32,000 nucleotides of DNA from Geotalea daltonii FRC-32 (GCF_000022265.1 NC_011979.1:2820001-2852000), one strand, 5' to 3'. Shown: positions 1 through 9,626, numbered from the stretch's first letter. Notes: generated by a model not told the origin, from the letters alone. A program made the numbers and translations.

Positions 1-68
1 ATCACCATTATCATTTTCTTGTTCTACAATCAAACCTCATTCCAGGTAGTTACGTCCTTTCTGCTCTT

Positions 69-84
69 TGGCACGCATGTTGAT
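69..84 (+). promoter_or_regulatory. candidate sigma54 (-24/-12) promoter for the small periplasmic protein pair
   Basis: TGGCAC-gcatg-TTGAT has the correct GG-N10 spacing, but the -12 dinucleotide is GA, not GC. It lies about 65 nt upstream of ATG 148. E. coli zraP, of the same protein class, is sigma54-dependent, so the call is plausible but unproven. Confidence 0.3.
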
Positions 85-147
85 ATTGAATAGTTAACAA
101 GTACAGGCTTACACCTGACATATTTCGACTCTAAAGGAGAGAGAAAA

Positions 148-462
148 ATGAAAAGGAAAATTATTATAGGAATTGCTTTGGCAATGGGGATGGTGGCGGC
201 AGCAATGCCGGCTTCGGCTGCAGGTTCATGCCGGGAAGAAGGAAAATGTGCCGATAAGCAGATATTTCAGCAGTTTACTCAGGAAACGTCTGGTTTGGTC
301 AGTGCTTTAAAAGCGAAGGATCTGGAGCTTAGAGAGCAATATGCTTTCGATCGTATCGATGCAAGTACAGTAGGCGAACTTGAGGCGGAGCTTGATGAGC
401 TAAAAGGCCAAATCAACACTGTAGGAGAGAAATTTGGAATCCCTCTCTGTTGCCGGAGTTAA
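148..462 (+). CDS. small secreted protein, Spy/CpxP/ZraP-like periplasmic stress/metal protein, paralog 1
   Basis: SD AAGGAGAG lies just upstream. Signal peptide MKRKIIIGIALAMGMVAAAMPASA. The helical core QQFTQETSGLVSALKAKDLELREQ recurs in the next ORF. The family call is from memory of CpxP-like 'periplasmic heavy metal sensor' proteins. Confidence 0.6.
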   Translation: MKRKIIIGIALAMGMVAAAMPASAAGSCREEGKCADKQIFQQFTQETSGLVSALKAKDLELREQYAFDRIDASTVGELEAELDELKGQINTVGEKFGIPLCCRS

Positions 463-513
463 TGCATTCCCGAACAAGATGCCATCACACAGCTGTACGA
501 GAGGAGAGCGGCA

Positions 514-852
514 ATGAAAAAGAAAATAGTTCCCATGATGATGTTGGGATTGAGTATGCTCTCAGTCGGAATCGCATCTGCATCAGGGCTCGATGCCGCA
601 GGTCAGAAAGCTTGCGCCGAGAACCCGGCTTATCGACAATTTATGGAAGAGACTGCCGCCTTGAGAAATGCTTTGAAGGCAAAGGATGCCGAACTGAGGG
701 AGCAGGAAGGCTATGCAGGCATCGAGCGTGGCTATGAAGGTATGGATTTGGAGAAGGTCGGTAAACTTCAGACAGAACGTAAAGCGCTCGAAGCCAGAAT
801 AAATCTGGCAGCGCAAAAACATGGGATAAAACCAGCTGGCGGAAAAGAATAA
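514..852 (+). CDS. small secreted protein, Spy/CpxP/ZraP-like, paralog 2
   Basis: SD GAGGAGAG lies upstream. Signal peptide MKKKIVPMMMLGLSMLSVGIASA. The core RQFMEETAALRNALKAKDAELREQ is paralogous to ORF 148-462. Confidence 0.6.
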   Translation: MKKKIVPMMMLGLSMLSVGIASASGLDAAGQKACAENPAYRQFMEETAALRNALKAKDAELREQEGYAGIERGYEGMDLEKVGKLQTERKALEARINLAAQKHGIKPAGGKE

Positions 853-947
853 ATGGGGGCAGGATAATTCGATACCAGCTGGAGAACCTTTACCAGCGGT
901 GCCAAGCGGTTAAGGCAGGTTCTATAAGATTCCAAAACGTGTTATTG

Positions 948-991
948 GGCGTACCCTTGAATCCCTCCTTCTTCGGGGTACGCCATTTTTT
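948..991 (+). terminator. intrinsic terminator after the small-protein pair
   Basis: 9-bp stem GGCGTACCC (948-956) / GGGTACGCC (976-984), followed by A and a T6 run (986-991). Confidence 0.55.
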
Positions 992-1073
992 AAAACCATA
1001 GGCTCGTGCCGGTGGCTGTGCCAGCGGTTGCTTTAATGCTTCTTTGCCGTCTGAAATAGAAAGGCTCTTTTAC

Positions 1074-3539
1074 TTAAGGTTGACACAGACCATCAGCGGC
1101 AAGACCTTCATCCGCATCTCCACTGCGCCAGAATTCGTCCACTTCTCCGAGAATACTATCGGAAACAAGTTCCCTTGCCTCCGACCGGAACCAGTCGGCG
1201 GGCATGGAACGGCTGTAACCAGGTTCCGTGAACCTGCTGTCCATGAGGACGATCAAACCGCGATCGGTCTCCGAGCGGATGACTCTGCCGGCTGCCTGGA
1301 CCGCTTTGGCCATGGCGGGAATGATATAGGCATAGTCGAAACCGGCGCCGTATCGCTGCTGATAATAGCGCCTCATCTCCTCCCTTTCCAGATCGAAGCT
1401 CGGCAGGGGCGGTCCGACAATGAAGGCACCTATCAACGTTTCCCCGGCATAGTCCATCCCTTCGGCCAGGGACCCTCCCTGAACGGCAAAAACGATATTT
1501 GCCCCATTGGTCTCCTGGAGCTGCTCCATGATCGTTTTCACTTGACTGGTCTTGATGTTCCGCTCCTGCAGGATGAGGGAGAAACCGGCAGGAAGTTGGA
1601 AAAACGCTGCCAACCGTTCGAGAAAATCAAAGCTGGGAAAGAAGACGATATAATTGCCGCGGCGCAGGGAGGCAATGCGCACCACCGCTTCGGCGATCCT
1701 CGCATAATTCCGCTCCCTTTGGCTGTAGCGGGTTGAAACCTGCGGGATCAGCATCAGCTTTCGCCGATGCGTGGGGAAGGGGGAGGTAAACTCCGCCGTC
1801 AGGGTCTTTTCCAGGTCCAGTCCGGAAAGGGTTTTATAGTAGTCGAATGGTTTGAGCGTGGCGGAAAAGGCCACCACTTGCTGATAATTGTCATAGCAGT
1901 CCCTGATCATGGCTGAGGCGTCGCAGCACGTTATTTTGACCGTGCCGGTTGGATGCCAGGTGGTGAAAAATTCTGCCCGCGCAGGGTCTGCCGCATATTC
2001 AAGGGCGTTGGTGAATTCCGACCAGTAAAAACTAAGACGGAGAATGACATCATGGTGCTGTATTTCCACCATGGACTCCAGGTAGCGGGTAAGAAGGGTA
2101 CGCAGTCGAATGTCCTGCTCAAGAAATGCGTCTACAGGGGGCTCGATAACAGCAGGTTTTTTGCCATGGCCGCAGGAGGCAACGGTACTGAGGCAGCCAT
2201 CGAGAATGTTTTCAGCTTCCCTGCGAAAACGCTGTGCGATAGATTTTATTTCATTACGCATTTTCTCCAATACCACCGAGGAGAGCGCCGGCGAATAGCA
2301 TTCCATCGCTCTTGAAGGAAGATTGTGTGCCTCGTCGATGACCAGATTCGCCTTGCCTGTCTGGTCGATACCTGGGTTGGTCATGCCGGAGAGAGCCGAT
2401 CTGGGGGCAAAGATGTAATTGTAGTCGCAGATCACCACATCGGCCTCTTCCATCCCCTCAAGCTGCAATTCGAATGGACAGACCTGGTATTTCTCCCCCA
2501 GTTCCCGAAAACTACGCGCCGTCAGCTTTCTTTTGCGGGCAAGAAGATCACGAATGCCATATTCATACACCTTGGTGTAGTAATCTAGTGCATATTCGCA
2601 GAATTCAGGGTTGCACAACGGTTCGTTCTTGAAGCAGATCTTTCCCTTGGCGGTAATGGAGAGGGATTTGAGGTGGGAACCGGTATCATGGAAACGGCGG
2701 ACGGCATCTTCGGCAACGGAATGCTGGCTGTTTTTCGGTGTGACGTAGATGACCTGCTGCCCCCTGCCCAAGGCCTCTTTCAGTACCGGGTAGAGCACGC
2801 CGACCGTTTTTCCCAACCCGGTGGGAGCCTGGATCAGCATCGGTTTCCCTTCGTTCATCCCCTGGTCGATGGTCTCCATGAGTTCAATCTGGCCGGGGCG
2901 CGGATCAGGGAAGGGAAAGACAAAGCCTGCGGCCATCTTTCGCCGCCGGGCTGCCCGTTTTTCAGCCAACCGTGTTTCCCTGACCAGTTCGTCAAGTCTT
3001 TCCTCCAGCCACTGTTCATAGAGAGTAATATCCAGCTGCAGCGGCAGATCAAGTGAGTCAGCGCTACGGGAAGAAACCAGATGAAAGGATAACTCAGGGA
3101 TAACTCCTTGTCTGAGCCAGTAAAAATAGCCGTAACTGAACAGCTGCAGGCAGTAGGGATGGTCCAGCGGCTGATTGTCAAGGCGGCGGGCCAGTTCCGA
3201 CAGGTTGAAAGTAGACTTTATCTCCTCAATTTTAGGCGGCTCGGTATCAAACAGGCCGTCCATGCGCCCATCCACCCGGAAGCAGAACTCTTCCCTCTGA
3301 AACTCTGCGCCGATGGCCACTTCAGAGCGGTAGGACCCGTCGCTCTTCGCCCGCTTCTTTTGCACCTTGAGATGAATTTCCTGGCCCTCGGCGGCTGCGC
3401 GGCCGTATCCCGAAAGGGCCTCGATGCTCCCTTTCCTGGGCACAGGTATGGCGAATTCCCTCAGGGGGATGTTGATTAATTTTTGAGCTGCGACCATGGC
3501 ATGAGTGTAGAGTATTTTACCGCAGAGATAAAGACCCAT
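1074..3539 (-). CDS. XPD/Rad3/DinG-family Fe-S DNA helicase with N-terminal RecB-type (PD-(D/E)XK) nuclease-like domain
   Basis: Walker A QAPTGLGKT and DEAH box IDEAHNL. A four-Cys cluster lies between them (CFKNEPLCNPEFCEY...CPFE). The C-terminus is helicase_C_2-like (AVQGGSLAEGMDY...AAGRVIRSETDRG). The N-terminus carries VDGRMDGL...IEEIKS...QLFSYGY. The start is uncertain (3539 or ATG 3497). Confidence 0.8.
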   Translation of the reverse strand: MGLYLCGKILYTHAMVAAQKLINIPLREFAIPVPRKGSIEALSGYGRAAAEGQEIHLKVQKKRAKSDGSYRSEVAIGAEFQREEFCFRVDGRMDGLFDTEPPKIEEIKSTFNLSELARRLDNQPLDHPYCLQLFSYGYFYWLRQGVIPELSFHLVSSRSADSLDLPLQLDITLYEQWLEERLDELVRETRLAEKRAARRRKMAAGFVFPFPDPRPGQIELMETIDQGMNEGKPMLIQAPTGLGKTVGVLYPVLKEALGRGQQVIYVTPKNSQHSVAEDAVRRFHDTGSHLKSLSITAKGKICFKNEPLCNPEFCEYALDYYTKVYEYGIRDLLARKRKLTARSFRELGEKYQVCPFELQLEGMEEADVVICDYNYIFAPRSALSGMTNPGIDQTGKANLVIDEAHNLPSRAMECYSPALSSVVLEKMRNEIKSIAQRFRREAENILDGCLSTVASCGHGKKPAVIEPPVDAFLEQDIRLRTLLTRYLESMVEIQHHDVILRLSFYWSEFTNALEYAADPARAEFFTTWHPTGTVKITCCDASAMIRDCYDNYQQVVAFSATLKPFDYYKTLSGLDLEKTLTAEFTSPFPTHRRKLMLIPQVSTRYSQRERNYARIAEAVVRIASLRRGNYIVFFPSFDFLERLAAFFQLPAGFSLILQERNIKTSQVKTIMEQLQETNGANIVFAVQGGSLAEGMDYAGETLIGAFIVGPPLPSFDLEREEMRRYYQQRYGAGFDYAYIIPAMAKAVQAAGRVIRSETDRGLIVLMDSRFTEPGYSRSMPADWFRSEARELVSDSILGEVDEFWRSGDADEGLAADGLCQP

Positions 3540-3567
3540 ATGGATTGTATGGAGCTTGAAGAGGCAG

Positions 3568-3583
3568 TGGCACAGGTCGTGCT
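3568..3583 (+). promoter_or_regulatory. sigma54 -24/-12 promoter of nifV
   Basis: TGGCAC-aggtc-GTGCT with canonical GG-N10-GC spacing, 92 nt upstream of ATG 3675. Confidence 0.6.
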
Positions 3584-3611
3584 AGTACAAGTGCAACGGA
3601 AGATTTCCAGC

Positions 3612-3656
3612 GGCAATGGCGCCCGGAGGGAAGTAATAATTCCTTCGGGCGTTTTT
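3612..3656 (+). promoter_or_regulatory. nifV leader: short hexaloop hairpin overlapping an intrinsic terminator (attenuator)
   Basis: GGC-AATGGC-GCC (3612-3623) overlaps the 5' arm of the stem GCCCGGAGGGA (3621-3631) / TTCCTTCGGGC (3640-3650), which is followed by G and T5. The element sits between the promoter and the start codon. Confidence 0.55.
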
Positions 3657-3674
3657 GCTTTAAAAGGGGGAGCC

Positions 3675-4823
3675 ATGGAAGGAATCAGCAGCAGTATCAT
3701 TATCGATGACACCACCCTTCGTGACGGCGAGCAGACGGCAGGTGTGGTTTTCAGCAAAAAGGAAAAGATCGCCATCGCCACCATGCTCGACGCCATGGGC
3801 ATCCAGGAGCTGGAATGCGGCATACCGGCCATGGGCAAAGATGAACAAGCATCCATTCGTGCCCTGGTCGACCTTGGGCTCAATGCCCGGCTTATTACCT
3901 GGAACCGCGCCGTCAGGGAGGATATCGAGGCAAGCATTGCCTGTGGTGTCAAGGCGGTGGATATCTCCCTTTCCGTCTCGGATATCATGATTGCCCATAA
4001 ATTGGGCAAAAATAGAGAATGGGTAAAGGACCAGTTAAAACGGACTCTTGAATTCTGCAAGAAAAAAGGGCTGTATGTCTCGGTCGGTGGCGAAGATTCA
4101 AGCCGTGCGGAGATTCCTTTTCTCCTGGAACTGATGTCCATTGCCCTGGAATTTGGCGCCGACCGCTTCCGTTACTGCGACACCCTCGGTATTCTCGATC
4201 CATTTACCATGTTTGACAATATAGCCGCGCTGCGCCGGGGAGTGCCCGAACTGGACCTGGAGGTCCACACCCACAACGATTTGGGCATGGCCACGGCCAA
4301 TGCCATTGCCGGTATCAGGGCGGGTGCACGCTTTGTCAACACCACCGTCAATGGCCTGGGTGAGCGTGCCGGCAATGCAGCCCTGGAAGAGGTGGTCATG
4401 GCCCTGAAACTGGCATTGGGCATTGAGCTCGGAATCGAGACCAGACAGTTTCATCAAATTTCGAAGCTGGTAGGCTCCGCTTCCCGGCGGCCCGTTCCCC
4501 CCTGGAAAGCCGTGGTGGGGGAACGGGTATTCTCCCACGAGTCGGGACTCCATACTGATGGGGTTATCAAGGATCCTGCAAACTATGAAGGGTTTGATCC
4601 CGAAGAGGTGGGGCTCAGGCGGCACCTTGTGGTTGGCAAGCACTCCGGCGCCAGTGGACTGATGGAAAGGTACCGTTCCATGGGGATCCACATGGAACGG
4701 GAGGAAGCCAAGATGCTCCTTTGCCGGGTCAGATCCACCGCACAACGAAACAAGCAGGCATTGAGCGATAAAGATCTCTCCAGGCTGTACCTGGATAATA
4801 AGGCAGACAACTGGGCCGCTTGA
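3675..4823 (+). CDS. nifV: homocitrate synthase NifV
   Basis: HMGL-like motifs (IIDDTTLRDGEQ, HTHNDLGMATANA), length ~382 aa and nif context. The start is moved to ATG 3675 (SD AAAGGGGGAG), because the upstream part of the track ORF covers the promoter and leader terminator. Confidence 0.9.
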   Translation: MEGISSSIIIDDTTLRDGEQTAGVVFSKKEKIAIATMLDAMGIQELECGIPAMGKDEQASIRALVDLGLNARLITWNRAVREDIEASIACGVKAVDISLSVSDIMIAHKLGKNREWVKDQLKRTLEFCKKKGLYVSVGGEDSSRAEIPFLLELMSIALEFGADRFRYCDTLGILDPFTMFDNIAALRRGVPELDLEVHTHNDLGMATANAIAGIRAGARFVNTTVNGLGERAGNAALEEVVMALKLALGIELGIETRQFHQISKLVGSASRRPVPPWKAVVGERVFSHESGLHTDGVIKDPANYEGFDPEEVGLRRHLVVGKHSGASGLMERYRSMGIHMEREEAKMLLCRVRSTAQRNKQALSDKDLSRLYLDNKADNWAA

Positions 4824-4928
4824 TGATGATTCAGCAGTGATTAAAAAAGCGGCAATTGTCTTGATTTCTTTAAAGTGTTGGATGAGAAAATAGAGCAAAC
4901 ATTGTGAAAAACAATAGATTTAAGAACT

Positions 4929-4944
4929 TGGCATAAGCAATGCA
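4929..4944 (+). promoter_or_regulatory. sigma54 -24/-12 promoter of nifHDK
   Basis: TGGCAT-aagca-ATGCA with GG-N10-GC spacing, ~155 nt upstream of the nifH ATG. Confidence 0.65.
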
Positions 4945-4953
4945 AAAAGGTAA

Positions 4954-5970
<1,017 letters not shown>

Positions 5971-5973
5971 CGA

Positions 5974-6084
5974 ACGCTTTTGGGCCATTTCGGCGTTGCC
6001 TTCGTCATCGCTTGTGCGACGTGGCGTTGCCACGCCTCCGCGCTCTTCCTCGGCGCCGCCGAACTGACTCCAAAATCGTTCGCC
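5974..6084. repeat. ~110-nt imperfect palindromic intergenic element, copy A (nifH-nifD spacer)
   Basis: Shares a near-identical core with 7687-7792, including the identical 34-mer GGCGTTGCCTTCGTCATCGCTTGTGCGACGTGGC and GCCACGCCTCCGCGCTCTTCCTCGGCGCC. The outer arms CGCTTTTGGGCCATTTCGGCG / CGCCGAACTGACTCCAAAATCG are mutually complementary. Confidence 0.8.
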
Positions 6085-6233
6085 AGTTGGTTTAAAAAAT
6101 GAACCGCAACGCCTCAGATGGACTTTTGGCGGAGCCGTATAATGAGGCTCCACCCCCCTTCACAGTGTTCGCTTCCTCCCTATGAAATAGGGGGGATAGA
6201 GGGGGGTTTACAACGAAACAGAGGGGATTTCTT

Positions 6234-7673
6234 ATGTCAGATGCGATAACGAAAATAGAAGGCATTACCAAAGAGTCGACCCAGTCCATGATCGACGAAG
6301 CACTTGAAATTTATCCCGAAAAAGCGAAGAAAAAACGGGCTCCACATTTGGCTCCCAATGCCGGTGAAGGCGCTTGCGTAAAATCCAACCGCAAAACGGT
6401 TCCCGGAATCATGAGCGCCCGGGGGTGTGCCTACGCAGGCGCCAAGGGGGTTGTCTGGGGGCCGATCCGCGATATGGTCCATGTTTCACATGGACCGGTC
6501 GGTTGCGGCTGGTACTCGTGGGGAACCCGGCGTAACCTCATGACCGGCATCAACGGGGTCAACCAGTTCGCCATGCAGTTTACCTCCGATTTTCAGGAAA
6601 AGGATATCGTCTACGGGGGGGACAAAAAACTGAAGCAGCTGCTGGTTGAGGCGAAGGAACTTTTCCCGCTGGCCAAGGGCATTTCCGTCCTTTCCGAATG
6701 CCCCGTCGGCCTCATCGGCGACGATATCAACGCCGTGGCAAAGCAGTCGGCCAAGGAACTGGACATCCCGATCATCCCCTGCAACTGCGAGGGGTTCCGC
6801 GGTGTTTCCCAGTCCCTGGGGCACCATATCAGCAACGACACCATTCGCGACCACATCATCGGTACCAGAGAGTTTGCCGAGCCTGAAACCCCTTACGACA
6901 TCGCCCTTATCGGCGATTACAACATCGGCGGCGACGTCTGGTCGGTAAAGCCGCTGCTGGAAGAAATCGGCCTCAACGTCAAGTCGGTCTGGACCGGCGA
7001 CGGCGAACTGGAGAAGATCGCCGCCACCCATAGGGTGAAATTGAATCTGATCCACTGTTACCGCTCCATGAACTACATGTGCCGGGTCATGGAAGAGAAA
7101 TACGGCATTCCCTGGCTGGAGTTCAACTTCTTCGGTCCGACCAAGATCAGGGAGAGCCTGCGGAAGATTGCCGACTTTTTTGACGACACTATCAAGGAGA
7201 AGGTAGAAGCGGCCATTGCCAAGTATGATCCTTTGATGCAGGCGGTCATCGACGAATACCGTCCCCGCCTGGAAGGAAAGAAGGTGATGCTCTATGTGGG
7301 CGGTCTCCGTCCCCGGCACACGGTCAACGCCTATGCCGATCTGGGGATGACGGTCGTGGGAAGCGGCTACGAGTTTGCCCATGGCGACGACTATGAGCGA
7401 ACATCTCCAGAAATGCCCGAAGCGACTGTCATTTACGATGACGCCTCCGAACACGAACTGGAGGAATTCGTCCATAAGCTTCGTCCCGACCTTGTGGGAA
7501 GCGGCATCAAGGAAAAGTACCTGTTCCAGAAGATGGGCATTCCGTTCCGCCAGATGCACAGCTGGGATTACTCTGGTCCCTATCATGCCTATAATGGCTT
7601 TCCGATCTTTGCCAGGGATGTGGATATGGCGATTAATAGTCCAACGTGGTCACTGGTCAAGGCACCTTTCTAG
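6234..7673 (+). CDS. nifD: nitrogenase MoFe protein alpha chain NifD
   Basis: Typical NifD sequence ([50 protein letters not shown]). Length 479 aa, located between nifH and nifK. Confidence 0.97.
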   Translation: MSDAITKIEGITKESTQSMIDEALEIYPEKAKKKRAPHLAPNAGEGACVKSNRKTVPGIMSARGCAYAGAKGVVWGPIRDMVHVSHGPVGCGWYSWGTRRNLMTGINGVNQFAMQFTSDFQEKDIVYGGDKKLKQLLVEAKELFPLAKGISVLSECPVGLIGDDINAVAKQSAKELDIPIIPCNCEGFRGVSQSLGHHISNDTIRDHIIGTREFAEPETPYDIALIGDYNIGGDVWSVKPLLEEIGLNVKSVWTGDGELEKIAATHRVKLNLIHCYRSMNYMCRVMEEKYGIPWLEFNFFGPTKIRESLRKIADFFDDTIKEKVEAAIAKYDPLMQAVIDEYRPRLEGKKVMLYVGGLRPRHTVNAYADLGMTVVGSGYEFAHGDDYERTSPEMPEATVIYDDASEHELEEFVHKLRPDLVGSGIKEKYLFQKMGIPFRQMHSWDYSGPYHAYNGFPIFARDVDMAINSPTWSLVKAPF

Positions 7674-7686
7674 CTTAAAACGGCGC

Positions 7687-7792
7687 CCGCTTTTCGGCCA
7701 GATTGGCGTTGCCTTCGTCATCGCTTGTGCGACGTGGCTCTGCCACGCCTCCGCGCTCTTCCTCGGCGCCACCAATCTGACTCGAAAATCGG
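7687..7792. repeat. ~105-nt imperfect palindromic intergenic element, copy B (nifD-nifK spacer)
   Basis: Aligns almost base-for-base with 5974-6084. A related half-element in inverted orientation (CGCGGAGGCGTAC-atcg-GTACGCCGCACAAGG) lies at ~7905-7937 in the same spacer. Confidence 0.8.
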
Positions 7793-7997
7793 ACGCCGGC
7801 AGGTTTTACACATACACGACCCTGGACAGATTCGTCCGGGTTAAAAAAATCTGGTTTAGTGGGGAATGCGATTTTTTCGATGAGAACAAGGAAGGCAAAC
7901 AGCGACGCGGAGGCGTACATCGGTACGCCGCACAAGGAGCTGTGAGGCCTGACGCAGTTATCGCGGAAAGGGCGCATTCCCCTAAGGAGAAACTACT

Positions 7998-9461
7998 ATG
8001 AGCTCTGAAGCTGCTGTGAAATATGTGACTGACACCCCCGAATCCGAAGTAAAGCGGGTGGCCGAGTGGATCAATACCGAAGAATACAAGGAAAAGAACT
8101 TTGCCCGCCAGGCGCTGGTCATCAACCCGGCCCACGCCTGCCAGCCGTTGGGTGCCGAGCTGGCTGCCCATGGCTTCGAGGGGAGCCTCCCCTTTGTCCA
8201 TGGCTCCCAGGGGTGCGCTTCCTACTACCGCTCCACCCTCAACCGCCACTTCCGTGAGCCTGCCCCGGCTGTCTCCGACTCCATGACCGAGGACGGCGCG
8301 GTGTTCGGAGGCCAAAACAACCTCCATGAGGCCCTGGAGAATGCCTATACCATCTATAAGCCGAAGATGATGCCGATCTTCACCTCCTGCATGCCCGAAA
8401 TCATCGGCGACGACCTGACCGCCTTCATCAAGAATGCCAGGCAGAAGGGGTGCATCCCACAGGATTTCCCGCTCCCCTATGCCAATACCCCCAGCTTCAA
8501 CGGCTCCCACGTCCATGGCTATGATGCCATGCTTCTCTCCATCCTCCAGACCCTGACGGAAGGAAAGGCCGTGGAGGGGCGCTGCACCGGTAAGCTGAAC
8601 CTGATTGCCGGTTTCGATGCCAATACCGGCAATTACCGGGAGTACAAGCGGATACTGGAGGCCTTCGGCATTCCCTACACCCTGCTGGCCGATATTTCCG
8701 AGACCTTCGACTCGCCGCTTGACGGCACCTACCGCGCCTATCCGGGCGGCACCAAGCTGGAAGACGCCGCCGATTCCATCAATGGCAAGGCGACCATCGC
8801 CCTTGGCACCTATTCCACCGCCAAGACCTTCGGCTGGCTCAAGGACAATTATGCCGGCAAGCATGCTGCCCTGCCGACCCCCTTTGGTGTGGAGAAAACC
8901 GATGCATTCATCATGAAGCTCTCCGAGCTTTTCGGCAAGCCGGTTCCCGAATCACTCAAGGCCGAACGCGGTCGCGCCGTGGATGCCATGACCGATGCCC
9001 ACCAATACATGCACGGCAAGAAGTTCGCCCTCTTCGGCGATCCCGACTATCTGCTCGGCTACGTCTCATTCCTGCTGGAAATGGGCGCCCGTCCGTACCA
9101 CATCCTCTGCAGCAAGGGGACCAAAAAACTGGAGAAAGAGATCCAGGCGCTTCTTGACGCCTCTCCCTACGGCAAGGATGGCAAGATATACATCAACAAG
9201 GACCTGTGGCACCTGCGCAGCCTGGTCATGACCGATCCGGTAGACGCCATGATCGGCGATACCCACGGCAAGTTCGCCGCACGGGATGCCAACATCCCCC
9301 TTTTCCGTTTCGGCTTCCCGGTCTTCGACCGGGTCAACCTGCACCGCTACCCGCTGATCGGCTATCAGGGGACAATCAACATGGTGTCGACCATCTGCAA
9401 CAAGTTCATCGAGATGAGGGATGAGACGTGCGAGGACCGGCACTTCGAGATGATGCGCTAG
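7998..9461 (+). CDS. nifK: nitrogenase MoFe protein beta chain NifK
   Basis: NifK-type sequence (ALVINPAHACQPLGA, VHGSQGCASYYRS, TSCMPEIIGDD). Length 487 aa; SD AAGGAGA upstream. Confidence 0.97.
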   Translation: MSSEAAVKYVTDTPESEVKRVAEWINTEEYKEKNFARQALVINPAHACQPLGAELAAHGFEGSLPFVHGSQGCASYYRSTLNRHFREPAPAVSDSMTEDGAVFGGQNNLHEALENAYTIYKPKMMPIFTSCMPEIIGDDLTAFIKNARQKGCIPQDFPLPYANTPSFNGSHVHGYDAMLLSILQTLTEGKAVEGRCTGKLNLIAGFDANTGNYREYKRILEAFGIPYTLLADISETFDSPLDGTYRAYPGGTKLEDAADSINGKATIALGTYSTAKTFGWLKDNYAGKHAALPTPFGVEKTDAFIMKLSELFGKPVPESLKAERGRAVDAMTDAHQYMHGKKFALFGDPDYLLGYVSFLLEMGARPYHILCSKGTKKLEKEIQALLDASPYGKDGKIYINKDLWHLRSLVMTDPVDAMIGDTHGKFAARDANIPLFRFGFPVFDRVNLHRYPLIGYQGTINMVSTICNKFIEMRDETCEDRHFEMMR

Positions 9462-9626
9462 GAGTCTGTCTGACTTAGGGGATCGTAGCGAGAGGATAGC
9501 AGGTCGAGGACAGATTTACGGAAATTTGAAGACGAATAGTGGACCTATTTGTCGAAAATTTCCGGGAATATGGACCGATCTGCTATTCTCGCAGCAGATT
9601 CATTCCTAAGTCCGACAGACTCCTAG
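9458..9626. repeat. ~170-nt CTAG-bounded long hairpin element overlapping the nifK stop codon
   Basis: Arms CTAGGAGTCTGTCTGACTTAGG (9458-9479) and CCTAAGTCCGACAGACTCCTAG (9605-9626) are complementary with one mismatch. Inner segments also pair (GGAAATTTGAAGACGAATAG / CTATTTGTCGAAAATTTCC). Confidence 0.8.

Noticed and set aside
450-822. ORFs 450-737 (+) and 583-822 (-), which overlap the second small periplasmic protein gene.
   Set aside because: They are alternate-frame or antisense to an ORF that has an SD, a signal peptide and a paralog. Neither has features of its own.
3483-3674. N-terminal extension of the nifV track ORF, with its start at 3483.
   Set aside because: It would be translated through the sigma54 promoter and the leader terminator, and it overlaps the helicase 5' end. 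ATG 3675 has a strong SD, and the conserved NifV sequence begins there.
4901-4915. ATTGT-gaaaa-ACAAT inverted repeat upstream of the nifH promoter, considered as an activator UAS.
   Set aside because: It lies only ~15-30 nt from the -24 element, too close for a typical enhancer site. It has no counterpart upstream of the other three sigma54 promoters.
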